DNA from: Callorhinchus milii
Lineage: Eukaryota
Direction: 5' to 3'
Assembly: GCF_018977255.1 (NCBI RefSeq)
Contig: NW_024704742.1
Span: 130,760,001-130,824,000, forward strand
Length of the DNA stretch: 64,000 nucleotides
Of this stretch, positions 1 through 11,629 are shown piece after piece. The translations under genes were made by a program, and so were the position numbers. The first letter of the stretch is position 1. The number at the start of each line of letters is the position of its first letter. A model generated the notes under the pieces. It was not told where the DNA came from. It made no database searches and saw only the letters and a program-made list of their open reading frames with translations.

Positions 1-3000
1 TATCAAATGCGGGGATTATTATTATTATTATTATTATTATTATGGTTCAGGCCTTGCTCAAGAATTAACAAGCCTGCAACAGAGGGTTGATATGATTCTG
101 ACGTTCCATTGCCAAGCACATCACCTGGAGCCAGCTAAACCAGAAGAAATTACCTTCCCCTCAAGGTCTACAGACACTAGTTAGGGGAAAAATGGTTCAT
201 CAGGTCATTTTGTGCCAAAAATAATCAGACTTGTTTTTTAAAAAAAAGTTAACACTAAAAAAATCAATCTGTCTAGTATTGAATGGACAAGAGACGAAAA
301 CTCAACTGTTCTCTCGATGTCTAAAATAAAAGTTCTCTTAAATTCCTTTTAACACAACCGAAAAAAAATTGGCCTCTATTCTAACTGTTTTAATTTAACC
401 CAATTGATTCTAGCTGCTGACAGTTTAACATTTATTTTAAACATGTCACCAAATGAACGAGCAAAAGGACAGCTTTCTGAAGAGTGCCTAGCAACAGAGA
501 GTAGACATTTATACAAGTTACAGCTAAGCAAGGAAATCTCCCATTGAAATAAACCTTTCCACTAAGTGGTAGAGCACAATCCTTGGATGTGCTGCTAAAT
601 TAGTCCTTAATTGCCAAAGGTCTAAAATGTCTCTGGTCAAAGCATTTAGTGAAAAATAAGGCTCCCGCTATATGGAAAACAAAGATTGCTCTGGGACACT
701 ACCCTGTGTGAGGGGCGCTATATAAATGCAAGTTGTTGTTGATGTTGCTGTACAGATTCTTTCAAAAATACTTCAATGAAACAGCCAGATAATAGGAATT
801 CATACCATTATTTGTCTTCAACCTTCAAGCTAATAAAAAAATGCTGCAGTAAATTGTCAAGGTTGAACTACACTGCATAATAGAATTAGAACATCCAAAA
901 TGTATTTTATCCAGGTTTTATCCTATGGTTAGATATACATCTTTATACTGTAGTTACATTATCAGTATTCACACAATGCATGCAGTTTTCAAAACACTTT
1001 TGAGTGATTACTATCGTGCAAACTTGGTCACAAAGCTCTTGGCTCAAAGAGTAAACAGTTTCAAGTCATCTCTTGCTTGTACCAATCTTGCACCGTTGCA
1101 AATATCATTGGCATGTTACACATAACAAGGTTAATGCTGTAGTATGGCAAATCAGTCCGATGTTCACTACCAGAAGAATGCAAGACTGGGAGCAAAACAA
1201 GCAACGTAACTTGCATAACTCCCAAAATACTCAAATCAGAAGAAGGGAAGTATATTGTAGCTGGAAGGTTACTGCTACATTTATACTGTCGTACTTAATG
1301 CTCACAAGCATCACGGGCACAAATGAACAAAGCCTTCAGCAGATTCTATTTACAGAATATCCAGAGCACATTTTTTGGAACATTTTAAACCTTAGTTCAG
1401 GGATGACTTTGTAAAGATGTGCAGTAGTTAGAAGCTGCAGTGAGATATGTACTGCAATATATGCACTCTTGGAGGCTGCACCACAGTGCTGCAGCGAGAG
1501 ATATACTGCAATGTATGCATTTCTGACGGATACTGTTTAGAGCGCAAGATTGCACAAGTTTCCATAAAACTCTGCCAGTATCGATTTTCTGTCATTTCTG
1601 TGACATCCACATTTTAAATGCATTCAATAGGAATATGAATGATTGCACATGGTTAAAGGCAAACGTGTAACTCAGTTTATTTATGCAAGGTTCAAACACA
1701 TTAATAAACATCATTCTGAAAGAAAATCAGTGAAACAACTAAAAATGCTGTATATTGCATGATTCTCCTCTTCCCCTTAATGGGTGTACATCAAACTGGC
1801 TCCAGAGCCAGGTACTGGCAACCCTCCAGTAGCTCAACTGTGCCTGTCACAGAGCATCAAAGCCAAATCCAATCCTGTCCTCACTTCACATTCATTCAAA
1901 CAATTTTACTTCCACCAGAGGACAGTAATAATAATTTCCACTCTGTACATTCCTACATGTATAATAAATAATAATCCTTGCATTTTTTGCACCTTTGAGA
2001 GAATGTCCCAAAGAGCTTTACTGTGAAGTGACTGTATTTGTAGGCGAATTGCTCACAGCAATGTACCACAAACAGCCATGCAATGAATGACCATTTTTAT
2101 TTGGAGGATTGTTGGGCAGAAAGAACACCGGGAGAAACTCCCTTTCTGTGCAGTGCCATGGGATCTTTAATGTTGATCCGAACGGGCAGACAGGATCTCA
2201 GTTTAACATCTCAACCAAAGGGGCTAACGAATAGTGGCGAGAGTGGAAAATCTAACCAATTTTTCTTCTCCCTCATATATAGACACCATCTTGTTCAATG
2301 CAATGGCAGTGCCCAAGAGAGATGAGCTAACCCAAACATTGTTTTTGTCAGCTCAGTAACTGACATGTGGAAACCCATCGCTATGCTTACGAGTATCCAA
2401 ATGAACAGAGTTCCACATATGCATGGAACGTTCCCTGGGAATAGAATATGTTCTCTATTCCTGGAAGGATGCACCCTGAATCCTAACTCTGGAAAGCATT
2501 AGGCACGGACCAAAGAATACTATTCTATATGGTTAAACCCCAACAAAAAAAAACTTTGTAATGAGCTAATGGTAAAGCTGCGACTCCTGCTTTGTTATTT
2601 TGCCTGATAATACAAAATGGAATTCCCACACAATATTTCATAATTATTTCCCCACCACCACACAATGAAGTGGGTTGGGTACTTCCAATATTCTAAGTTG
2701 CAAAGAACTTAATTTGTACCACCGATTTCACCCTCCCATCTTAACCAAAAAGACTAAACCTGTTGCACCAGTCAGTGACAGCACATTGGAGCACCAATTC
2801 ACTACACTTGCGACTTTGATGCATTTTCACAAGATCAAGTGCACCTGGCACAGCTCAGGTCTGCAATTTTTTCCCCAAACCGTTCAATTTTCAACAGTTC
2901 AACCTCATCTATTTAAGGAAATAACGTACTCTACAACAACTTTGCTCAGCTTTACTAAAGTTAGTTATCTCACTTAGATGCTTCAGATTGCTCTATGTAG

Positions 3001-4453
3001 TGCAACTAAAATTGTAACCCTAAAGGATTGATATCTGCAGAAATAGTCTAGATCAAAGGTTTCTTTTGAAGAGAAAGGGAGATATACAGGTTAATGTCAC
3101 ACTTTGTCCCCCAAAAAGCAAGTTGAATTCTGTGCTTATTTTGCAACATACCATTTTGCAATGCCAAAAGCATTGCGAAAGTGATAAAGAACCTTTTTTC
3201 CTGGATGAAGCAAACAGTAACCTGACCTCATGTGTCAAACCCCCAAAAATCCTGAAAACTACCTACTCGCAAATGAAGAAAACTTAAATAATCAAACCTC
3301 TTTACTAGGTTGCATGTTATTTTCCTATATATAAGCGGCATGATGGTTGCATCGAGTGACCACAAGGCAGCTTTAGACATTTGTTTACAAAAGATCAAAG
3401 CTACCAAGATTAATCTGCCACAACATATTTTTTCCCCAAGAAAACACCAAGTCGACAAATATAATTCAGGCAGGCCCTTCGGCTTTTTATAACCTTGGTT
3501 GGAATAACCAACAACCTACGACAATAATATGTTCCCCCTCAGCTCAGATAGCCACATTTATGAAATCCTGCTTCCCAGTACCAGATTTTAAGAGAGACCA
3601 GTGTGGGAGATTAATAAGTAACCCATCCCCTTTATTAGTGATGGTGAAAGAGAAGAGAATCTGCTGCAATAAGGGATACTGGGAAACAGTAATGCAGTTT
3701 ATTACTGCGCAGATGGCGATTCAATGCAGTCAGCGGGTTTCTTTGTACAAAAACAAACCGCTGAGCACACTGTCCACACACTACTCACAAAATAACACCA
3801 GATTTAGGAAACAGAGTACAAGCCATCGCTGACAGCAGTTCCTTCGATGACATAGGAGGTGGGGAAGAAAAACATTTACACAAAAGAACTGTATCGGGTT
3901 AGTACATTCCTACTGATGACAGTACTGTTACTTAAAAACACTAGGCATAGAATCTCCCTGTGCCACATTACGCCAGCTTTACATTAAGTGGACTTATCTT
4001 TGCTTTTAAAATGTGTAGGGTCCCAAAGACATTGCCATCAAGCAAAGGCACAGGCATTTGTGTTTGGGGAATATCCTTCCAGCTCAACTTAAAAAAAAAT
4101 AAACACACACACACAATACATTCACTTCCAAGTTCACAACTCAAGCCCCTGAATAAAACACCACCATTCATGTCTATCTGGTAAGGCCAACAAATAAACG
4201 TGTAGGCACTGAAACCCAACTCATAACAGATGCAGCAGCAGTAACAACAAAAAAAAACCCCACATCGTGCCCAAAGCTTCCACTGCAACCAAAACCTCTT
4301 GCACACGATTTTTTTTTGGGGGGGGGGGGTTAAATTAAAAAAAAAAACTAAAAAAAAACTACCAAAACGTTCAAACACAACGCCAATTCAAGACCATCTT
4401 CGGCTGTAAGCTTTGGGGCATAAACATCACATCCCCAAACAGAACACAGCAAC

Positions 4454-4454
4454 A

Positions 4455-4518
<64 letters not shown>

Positions 4519-4519
4519 A
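4454..4519. repeat. (GAAA)n microsatellite in UBE2R2 intron 1
   Basis: About 16 tandem AAAG units read directly. Confidence 0.95.
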
Positions 4520-4787
4520 GACGAGGTTTAAATTTGGGGACACGAACAAAACAACAAAAACAAAAACAACACTGGGTCATCAAACCCGTGTGGACAAGAC
4601 CCAAAATCTAACCATCCCCAACAAATGCAACACCCTAAACATACAGGAAAATCCTAAAATCGAGCTGACCTTCTCCCCCCACCCCAACCACCCCCTACAT
4701 ACTACATACTACATACTACATACATGACCCCCTTTCTCTGACAATGCTAAAGCTGGTCCATCCATCCGAGATGTAAAAGGGTCTCTG

Positions 4788-4809
4788 ATACACACACATA
4801 TATATAGAT

Positions 4810-4848
<39 letters not shown>
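4788..4848. repeat. (CA)n/(TA)n compound microsatellite abutting the UBE2R2 exon 1 donor
   Basis: Read directly. Confidence 0.9.
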
Positions 4849-4849
4849 C

Positions 4850-5026
4850 CTTAAAATATCCTCCTTCGTACAGTGTGTTGGGGGGCCCGAATATCGCCAC
4901 TTCCCAATTGTAGAGGTCGGACTCGTCCACCAGAGTGATCCTGAAGCCTTCCACCGGCTCTTCCTGCAAACTCTTCAGCTCCAACATCAAGGCTTTCTGA
5001 GAGCTCGTCATCTGCTGCTGAGCCAT
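4850..5026 (-). CDS. UBE2R2: Ubiquitin-conjugating enzyme E2 R2 (CDC34B), coding exon 1 (59 codons); downstream exons lie outside the window
   Basis: Translates MAQQQMTSSQKALMLELKSLQEEPVEGFRITLVDESDLYNWEVAIFGPPNTLYEGGYFK, the vertebrate UBE2R2 N-terminus; followed by a GT donor (AAG|GTATAT) at 4849-4848. Confidence 0.96.
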
Positions 5027-5746
5027 GGCGGGGGGCGATCAACCGGGTTACACACGGCAGGGATAAGACAGACGAGAGAGAGATTTGGAGTGGGGGGGTT
5101 GTTGTTGTTTTTTTTTTTGGGGGGGGAGGGGGAGAGTGGGGGGGAGGAGAGGGGGGAAGGGGGAGAGTGGGAGAGGGGGAAAGGGGGTTGTGGTTGTGGG
5201 AGAGGGAAGATGAATGGGGTCCTTTTAAGAGGGGGGGGAATAAATAAACCACTGGAAAAATAAAGAGATTGTGGGGGGGAGGGGGAGGGGGGGGGGTCGT
5301 CTGAGAATCTGGTGGGAATCAATAAACTACTGAAAAATAATAATAATTAATGATGGTGGTGGTGATGGTGATAGTAACACACACACACACACAAAAAAAA
5401 AGGAAGAACAAACAGCACCTCCCCCGGGGGGAGTGAGGGGGGGTTATAAGGATATTCGGGGATAGGCTCTGACTCCCAAACAAATAGGAGAAGTTCAGAG
5501 AAAGAGAGAGAGGGAGAGAGAGAGAGAGGGAGAGAGAGAGAGAGAGAGGAAAATCAAGGGACTTGTCCTTTTTTTCCTCCTTCACACCGCAACACAAGGG
5601 GGGAGAGGAGGAGAGAGGGAGAGAGGGAGGGAGGGAGGAGGGGGGGAGGGGGAGGGCGGCCTTTAAACCCACTCTCCACACATCACTGAGAAGGATAGCG
5701 ATTGCATCATATGGGGATAAAAAAAAGTCAGGCCCCGGGCTCGGGT

Positions 5747-6765
5747 CTCTCTCTGTCTCTCTGCTCACACTCAGGCCCTCTCTCTCTCTCTCTCTCTCTG
5801 CTCACACTCAGGCCCTCTCTCTCTCTCTCTCTCTGCTCACACTCAGGCCCCAGCTCTCTCTCTCTCTCTCTCTGCTCACACTCAGGCCCCAGCTCTCTCT
5901 CTCTCTCTCTCTGCTCACACTCAGGCCCCAGCTCTCTCTCTCTCTCTGCTCACACTCAGGCCCCAGCTCTCTCTCTCTCTCTCTCTCTGCTCACACTCAG
6001 GCCCCAGCTCTCTCTCTCTCTCTGCTCACACTCAGGCCCCAGCTCTCTCTCTCTCTCTCTCTCTCTGCTCACACTCAGGCCCCAGCTCTCTCTCTCTCTC
6101 TCTCTCTGCTCACACTCAGGCCCTCTCTCTCTCTCTCTGCTCACACTCAGGCCCCAGCTCTCGCTCTCTCTCTGCTCACACTCAGGCCCCAGCTCTCTCT
6201 CTCTGCTCACACTCGGGCCCCAGCTCTCTCTTTCTTCACTAACACTATCTCTGCTCACACTCAGGCCCCAGCTCTCTCTCTCTCTCTTCACTAACACTAT
6301 CTTTGCTCACACTCAGACCCCAGCTCTCTCTCTCTCTCTCTGCTCACACTCAGGCCCCAGCTCTCTCTCTCTCTGCTCACACTCAGGCCCCAGCTCTCTC
6401 TCTCTCTCTCTCTGCTCACACTCAGGCCCCAGCTCTCTCTCTCTGCTCACACTCAGGCCCCAGCTCTCTCTCTCTCTCTCTCTCTGCTCACACTCAGGCC
6501 CCAGCTCTCTCTTTCTTCACTAACACACTCTCTCTCTCTCTCTCTGCTCACACTCAGGCCCCAGCTCTCCCTCTCTTCACTAACACACTCTCTCTCTCTC
6601 TCTGCTCACACTCAGGCCCCAGCTCTCTCTCTCTGCTCACACTCAGGCCCCAGCTCTCCCTCTCTTCACTAACACACTCTCTCTGCTCACACTCAGGCCC
6701 CGGGTCTCTCTCTTCACAAACACTCAGGCCCCGGGTCTCTCTCTTCACAGACACTCAGGCCCGGG
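5747..6765. repeat. Minisatellite, unit GCTCACACTCAGGCCCCAG-(CT)n, about 26 copies
   Basis: Constant 19-nt core separated by variable-length CT tracts; some units carry a TTCACTAACAC variant. Confidence 0.95.
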
Positions 6766-6849
6766 CTGGCTGGAGCTCTGGTCTCTCTGTCCCCCCCCCT
6801 GGCTGACTGACTGGCTGCCTGACGAGTCCTCCCAGCTGCTCCTCCAAGC

Positions 6850-6970
6850 CAACCAGATGCACAAGATGGTCCGGGGCGAGCGCCGCCACCGCCGATTGTG
6901 ACGTAACCGCTCCTTGGGGGGCGTGGGAAGATTCCGAGAAACCAACACTGAGCATGCGCAGCGCCCAGTG
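6850..6970 (-). promoter_or_regulatory. CpG-rich housekeeping-type promoter core, probably of UBE2R2
   Basis: Clustered YY1-like AAGATGG (6863), CRE/ATF-like TGACGTAA (6899), GC box GGGGGCGTGG (~6917) and NRF1-like GCATGCGCA (6952) in CpG-dense sequence. Confidence 0.6.
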
Positions 6971-7626
6971 TGGGGTGGGGGGAGGGGGGGGAGTGTGTGA
7001 GTGTCACGTGGGGCTGCTGTCTCTGCTCAGTCTGGTGTCTTGGTCCCCTCCTTCCTCTGGGAAGGACTGAAGCGTTACCAACCCGCTTGCCCCACGCCCC
7101 CCCCCCCCCGCCCCCCCGCGCCCCGGGACCCCCCCCGCCCTGCTCGCTCGCTCGCTCCACCATCAGCGTTCAGCCGGTCCGAAACGCCACCCTCGCCCTC
7201 TCCTTTCTTTCCATCAAGACCTTCCTCTTCGATCGTGCCTTCGGTCATCTTCTCGCCCACCCACCCCCCCCCCCCCCCCCACTTTGCTCTCCATCCTTCT
7301 TGACTCCAACCCCTCGTTCGGCGACGGACACGAGAACGTAAAAATTGCTGGACGAAAGAAGAAGACCCGAGGTCCATCTCGTTCACGTTCCACCGTCCTG
7401 GCGTTCACTTGGCATGCCATATCCCAAACTATATGCCGTATCTCTTCACTGTCTAGCGCCTTGGGCCGTCCTCGTGACATGAAAGGCACTAAATAAATGC
7501 AATTTGTTGTCTGATGCATGCTGAAGTCGATCATTGTGCTTAAGAGTGATCAAACCAGACGAAGAGTTGCACATGTGAGCTGTCACCTTCATTCCCGCCA
7601 CTCCCACTGTCGCAAATTATTAGGTT

Positions 7627-7875
7627 GTCAGCCCGGCTCAGTTGTTAGCACTCAAACCTTTCAGTCAGGTTGTGGGTTCAAGCCCCATGTCCTGCGCCTG
7701 AATCTTATATTGTCTAATCTGATGCTCTGGCGCATTGCTTGGGTTATGCAGAATTGTCGGTGGTGCCATCCTTTAGAAACTAGAGATGTTAAAGCGAGAT
7801 CTCGTCTGCCTGTTCAAATGGCGTTAAAGATCCCATGACACTATTCGAAATTGGTTGGGAGTTTCTCCCAGTGTG
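7627..7875 (+). mobile_element. tRNA-headed SINE with Deu-domain-like core (DeuSINE-like)
   Basis: A/B-box-like head, then GTGCCATCC..GAGATGTTAAA..GTCTGCCTGTTCA..TAAAGATCCCATG.CACTATTCGAA; related copies near 2000-2220, 13310-13570, 14640-14880, 29700-30015, 37990-38250, 48900-49200, 51165-51380, 56225-56680, 61790-62090. Confidence 0.65.
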
Positions 7876-8910
7876 AGGTACTTCATGGCGAGGCACACAG
7901 CACACAGAGTTTTTTTCACTAACGAATAATCCACCAAATAAAATTGGTTGTTCACGTTGTAATGATCCTCAATCCTCAACAACTGGTGTATTCAGTAACT
8001 ACTTCAAGACCCATCTCAAGACCCTCCTCTTCGACTGTGCTTTTGATCACCTTCCCTCCCGCCCTCCACCCTCCCCAATCTCAACCCTCAGCTCGGGTCT
8101 GAAACACTGATTGTCCAGCGCCTTGGGACGTCCTCTCGATGTGAAAGGCACTATACAAATGTAATTTTGTTGTTGTTATTGTACTTTTTATCAGTTTGCA
8201 ACACTCGAATACTCCAACCATAGCCCACAACGACAGGGCCTTCCCAGGATCCCTTTTATACTTCTAGCTTCAATTTCATTGCTTCTTCTCAAATTATCCA
8301 TTACTCATAAAGGATACCTAACACACTTCAAGACTGATTGTGAGATATTGCTGTGCACAAATTGGCTGCCCTGTTCGTTCATAAAACACACAATCACTCT
8401 ATTATGCAGTATATTCTGGCTAATGTTCAGGTTGACACACCTCCAAAGGTAGCACAACATACAATACAGCTATCAATCCCTCAGTAATGGACTACAGTCA
8501 ACCTGGATTATGAATACATGTTTTGGTACCACATCAGCTTGACACACATTTGATGTATGGCAAAGTAAAAAAATACTCTACTGTATGTCTAGCCATGCAC
8601 TACCTCAAATGAGGGCAGTTGATGCTGATGCTAGGTGCCAAAAGTGGAAACATGTTTCATTTATCAGGGTGGAAAAATCTTGCCTGATCAATGTAGATAA
8701 AAATTCTTGGTTGTATTTAACTTAATGATTTACTGCAGCAATACATCATCTTGAGACTGCTTGGAGTATTGCTGTAATGAGAATGAAGGTCAACTGCATT
8801 GTTACTGCTCTGAGTTCCTCTCCGCCTGCTTCATCTCCGCCTGCTACAAAAATATTTTTTGTATTGTATCTCCTTGAAATATTTACATTGAAAGAGTTGT
8901 TCTTGTCTTC

Positions 8911-9200
8911 AACAACAACAAATAACATTTGTACAGTGCCTTTCACGTAGGGAAGAGGTTCTAAGGCCCTGGACAGTCAAGGATTAGGACCCGAGCTGGT
9001 GGTTGGGATTGGGAGAGTTGGAGGCCAGGGACGGTAGGGTTAGGAGGGTGACCGAAAGTGCAGTCAAAGAGGAGGGCCTTGAGACATGCCTTGTGGGAGG
9101 CAAAGGAGGGGGTGAGGTGAAGGCACTGTGGAATGGAGTTCCAAAGGGTGGGGGCAGAAAAGCTGAAGGCCCGACCTCTGACGGTGTGGCAGGCCGTGCA
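8911..9200 (-). mobile_element. L2-clade LINE 3' fragment
   Basis: Minus-strand ORF remnant GRAFSFSAPTLWNSIP...KACLKALLF and (TTG)n tail. Confidence 0.8.
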
Positions 9201-9597
9201 GGGAAAGGAGACAAAACAGAGGAAAAGGAACTCAGAACAGTAACAATACAATTGATCTTCATTCTCATCACATCACAACACAGATTTCCTGAAAGTGATT
9301 CACTTTGGAATCTGGTCATCTTTTGATTACAAGCACAATCTAATATAAGTTGATGACAAAATTGCTGAGCACCATCAACACATCTGTGTTTGTGCTTTTT
9401 TACAGTGCCACATAGTGCCACAAGATGATGTCATTTTCAATCTGTTTATGCTATTTTACTGTTCTCACTCCGTCTCATAAATCAAATAGCACCTGCGACC
9501 TACTCCTTTGTTCACACCAGAATAAAAAACAGCACAACCTCTGACGTTTATGCATCTATTGATTAATTAATCCTTGGATTTGATATAGCACTTTATC

Positions 9598-10045
9598 AAC
9601 AACAACAAAATTACATTAGTATAGTGCTTTCACATCTGGAGGATGTCTCAAGGCGCTGTTTTGGACCCGAGTTGGAAGTCGGGATGGAGGAGGGTGAAGG
9701 GAAGAGGTGGAAGGAATGGGACCGAAGACACGGTCGAAGAGTAGGGTCTAGATATGGGTCTTGAAGGAGGCAAGGGTGAGGCGGTGGGACTCCGGGATGG
9801 ATTCCAGAGGGTGGGAGCAGAGTGGATGAAGGTCTGCCTGCCAATAGTGGGACGGGGGATGTGAAGCAGGCTGAAGCCCGCTGAGCGGAGGGAGCAGGCA
9901 GGTTGGTAAGGGGCTAGGAGATCGCAGAGGTAGGGGGAGAGCAAGGCCACGGAGGGCTTTGAAAGTGAGGACCAGGATCTTGAACTGTATCCTCTGTATG
10001 ATGGGAAGCCAATGGAGTCGGGCGAGGATGGGGGTGATAGGGCCA
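9598..10045 (-). mobile_element. L2-clade LINE 3' fragment
   Basis: Remnant ITPILARLHWLPIIQRIQFKILVLTFKAL, typical of the L2 ORF2 C-terminus, plus (TTG)n tail. Confidence 0.85.
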
Positions 10046-10194
10046 CGAGAAGTCTCAAACCACGTTGTTTTGACACGTCTCAAAGCGCTTCACAGAATAC
10101 GTTGCGAAGTGGATTTTGTAAAGTATTTTGCGGACCAAACCTATGCAAAGTTAAGAGAATCTTTGTACGTCTTGTAGCTGCTCTTGTCAGTATG

Positions 10195-10209
10195 GCGCCC
10201 CCTGTTGGC
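10195..10209 (-). promoter_or_regulatory. Candidate CTCF binding site
   Basis: Minus strand reads GCCAACAGGGGGCGC, close to the CTCF core consensus CCASYAGRKGGCRC. Confidence 0.55.
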
Positions 10210-10639
10210 TCTCCCCAGTGCCCGTTATTTGCGTGACTGAGCCGTCAACGTGCCCACAATACCTTGCAGGTCAGAATAATGAAACATAAACAATTAAACG
10301 GTCACCAATAGTTGGCCAATATGTCTTCAAAAGTGCTCAAGTGCAGAATGGCCGTGTTGTGCATCGGGAAACCCAGGAGCTCAGCCGCACGGCGTTCAAC
10401 CTGGTGGCAAACGGCGAGGGCTTGAAATCTGCTGTACCGCAACAAAGAGGAGAGTTGGGCGGCGTTGGTGTGCGGCTGGACCTCTCCCGGGCTATGCTCT
10501 GGTTTCTCTTCAGATCGTATAAATCTTTCGCCTTTTACTAAAGATTTCCGTGGAGAGGAGCATTTACGAGTTTTTAACCCAATTTTTTTAGGCTCTGCAC
10601 CAGCAGAGCTCCCTTCCCAATGAACAACAGAGTAAAACA

Positions 10640-10835
10640 CACTCCCACTCCCTTCCTTTGGTCACCCTCCCACCCCTTCCTTTGGTCACCCTCCCCCCTT
10701 CCTTTGGTCACCCTCCCACTCCCTTCCTTTGGTCACCCTCCCACTCCCACTCCCTTCCTTTGGTCACCCTCCCACTCCCTTCCTTTGGTCACCCTCCCAC
10801 TCCCTTCCTTTGGTCACCCTCCCACTCCCACTCCC
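10640..10835. repeat. Short minisatellite (CACTCCCTTCCTTTGGTCACCCTCC-type units, about 7 copies)
   Basis: Tandem CCTTCCTTTGGTCACCCTCC units read directly. Confidence 0.9.
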
Positions 10836-10979
10836 ACCCTTGTTCTTCTCCTCCACCCCCTCCCGATCCTGACCTCCCCCCTCACGCAGTCCATCCGTCT
10901 GAGTGCCCCCATGTGAAATGTACAGAGGGATGAGGCTTGAGATGTAACCCAAGAGTCCTGAGAGTGTACGTCAGAAGTC

Positions 10980-11055
10980 GCTGGTCAGGCAGCGTCTGAC
11001 GGGAGAAAGGAAAGTGTGTCAACGTTTCGGGTCCACGACCCTTCGTCAGAACTGG
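10980..11055 (-). mobile_element. Penelope-like element terminal fragment containing a minimal hammerhead ribozyme motif (11016-11055)
   Basis: Minus strand CCAGTT-CTGACGA-A-GGGTC-GTG-GACCC-GAAAC-GTT-GAC: hammerhead core CUGANGA/GAAA flanking a 5-bp stem II. Confidence 0.65.
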
Positions 11056-11629
11056 GGGGTGTTGGGAGGGAGAGAATGACAGACACACTGTTGGGTCCAC
11101 TCAAAGATTCCAGTGAATTTCCGAGGTCAGAATGGCCTTTTATGGTCGGAATTATTGCCATTATGGTTGTTAAATGCCTTTGAATTGCTTCCTGTTTAGC
11201 ACCTAATAATTCCCTTAATCACCGTTCTGACCTTGTTTAAAAACTAAAGATTTGTTATTTTCAACCATTCCTGTGTTCAACCAGTTGTGTAACGAGTACC
11301 TTCCTACCCCTCTGACCTACTGACTCCCCAACCCACTACTCGCTGCCTCCATTCGACTGGCTCTGGCCTCCTGCTTTGTCCCTTGAGTCCTCCGTTCCAC
11401 CATCAGTGGCCACGCTTTCAGCCACTACTCCCCAAAACTCTGGAACACTCTTTCTCTATTCCTCTGCCTTGTCCCCTCTTACCCCATCTGCAGGTCGTGC
11501 CTGAAGATCTTTGTGTTCGACCATGACAACAGTCATCTACCCTCCTCCCCTGTCTCGACGTCGTGCTCTGCTACTGTCAAGCGCTCTGCGATGCTACCCT
11601 TTGTGAAGGGCGCTACACAAATGCAAGTT

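Noticed and set aside
4709..4849. ORF continuation of UBE2R2 beyond GGYFK
   Set aside because: Read-through into intron 1 microsatellite; homology stops at the GT donor
5747..6765. CRISPR-like appearance (constant repeat plus variable spacer)
   Set aside because: The spacers are only (CT)n tracts, the context is vertebrate and there are no cas genes
5563..6806. Long ORFs (243, 273 and 167 aa) with LSLS/CSHSGP repeats
   Set aside because: Stop-free by-products of the (CT)n minisatellite; no protein-like complexity
10341..10541. VRLDLSRAML resembling the NOL6 N-terminal VKLSRAEL motif
   Set aside because: Too short to be significant and no further NOL6-like sequence follows
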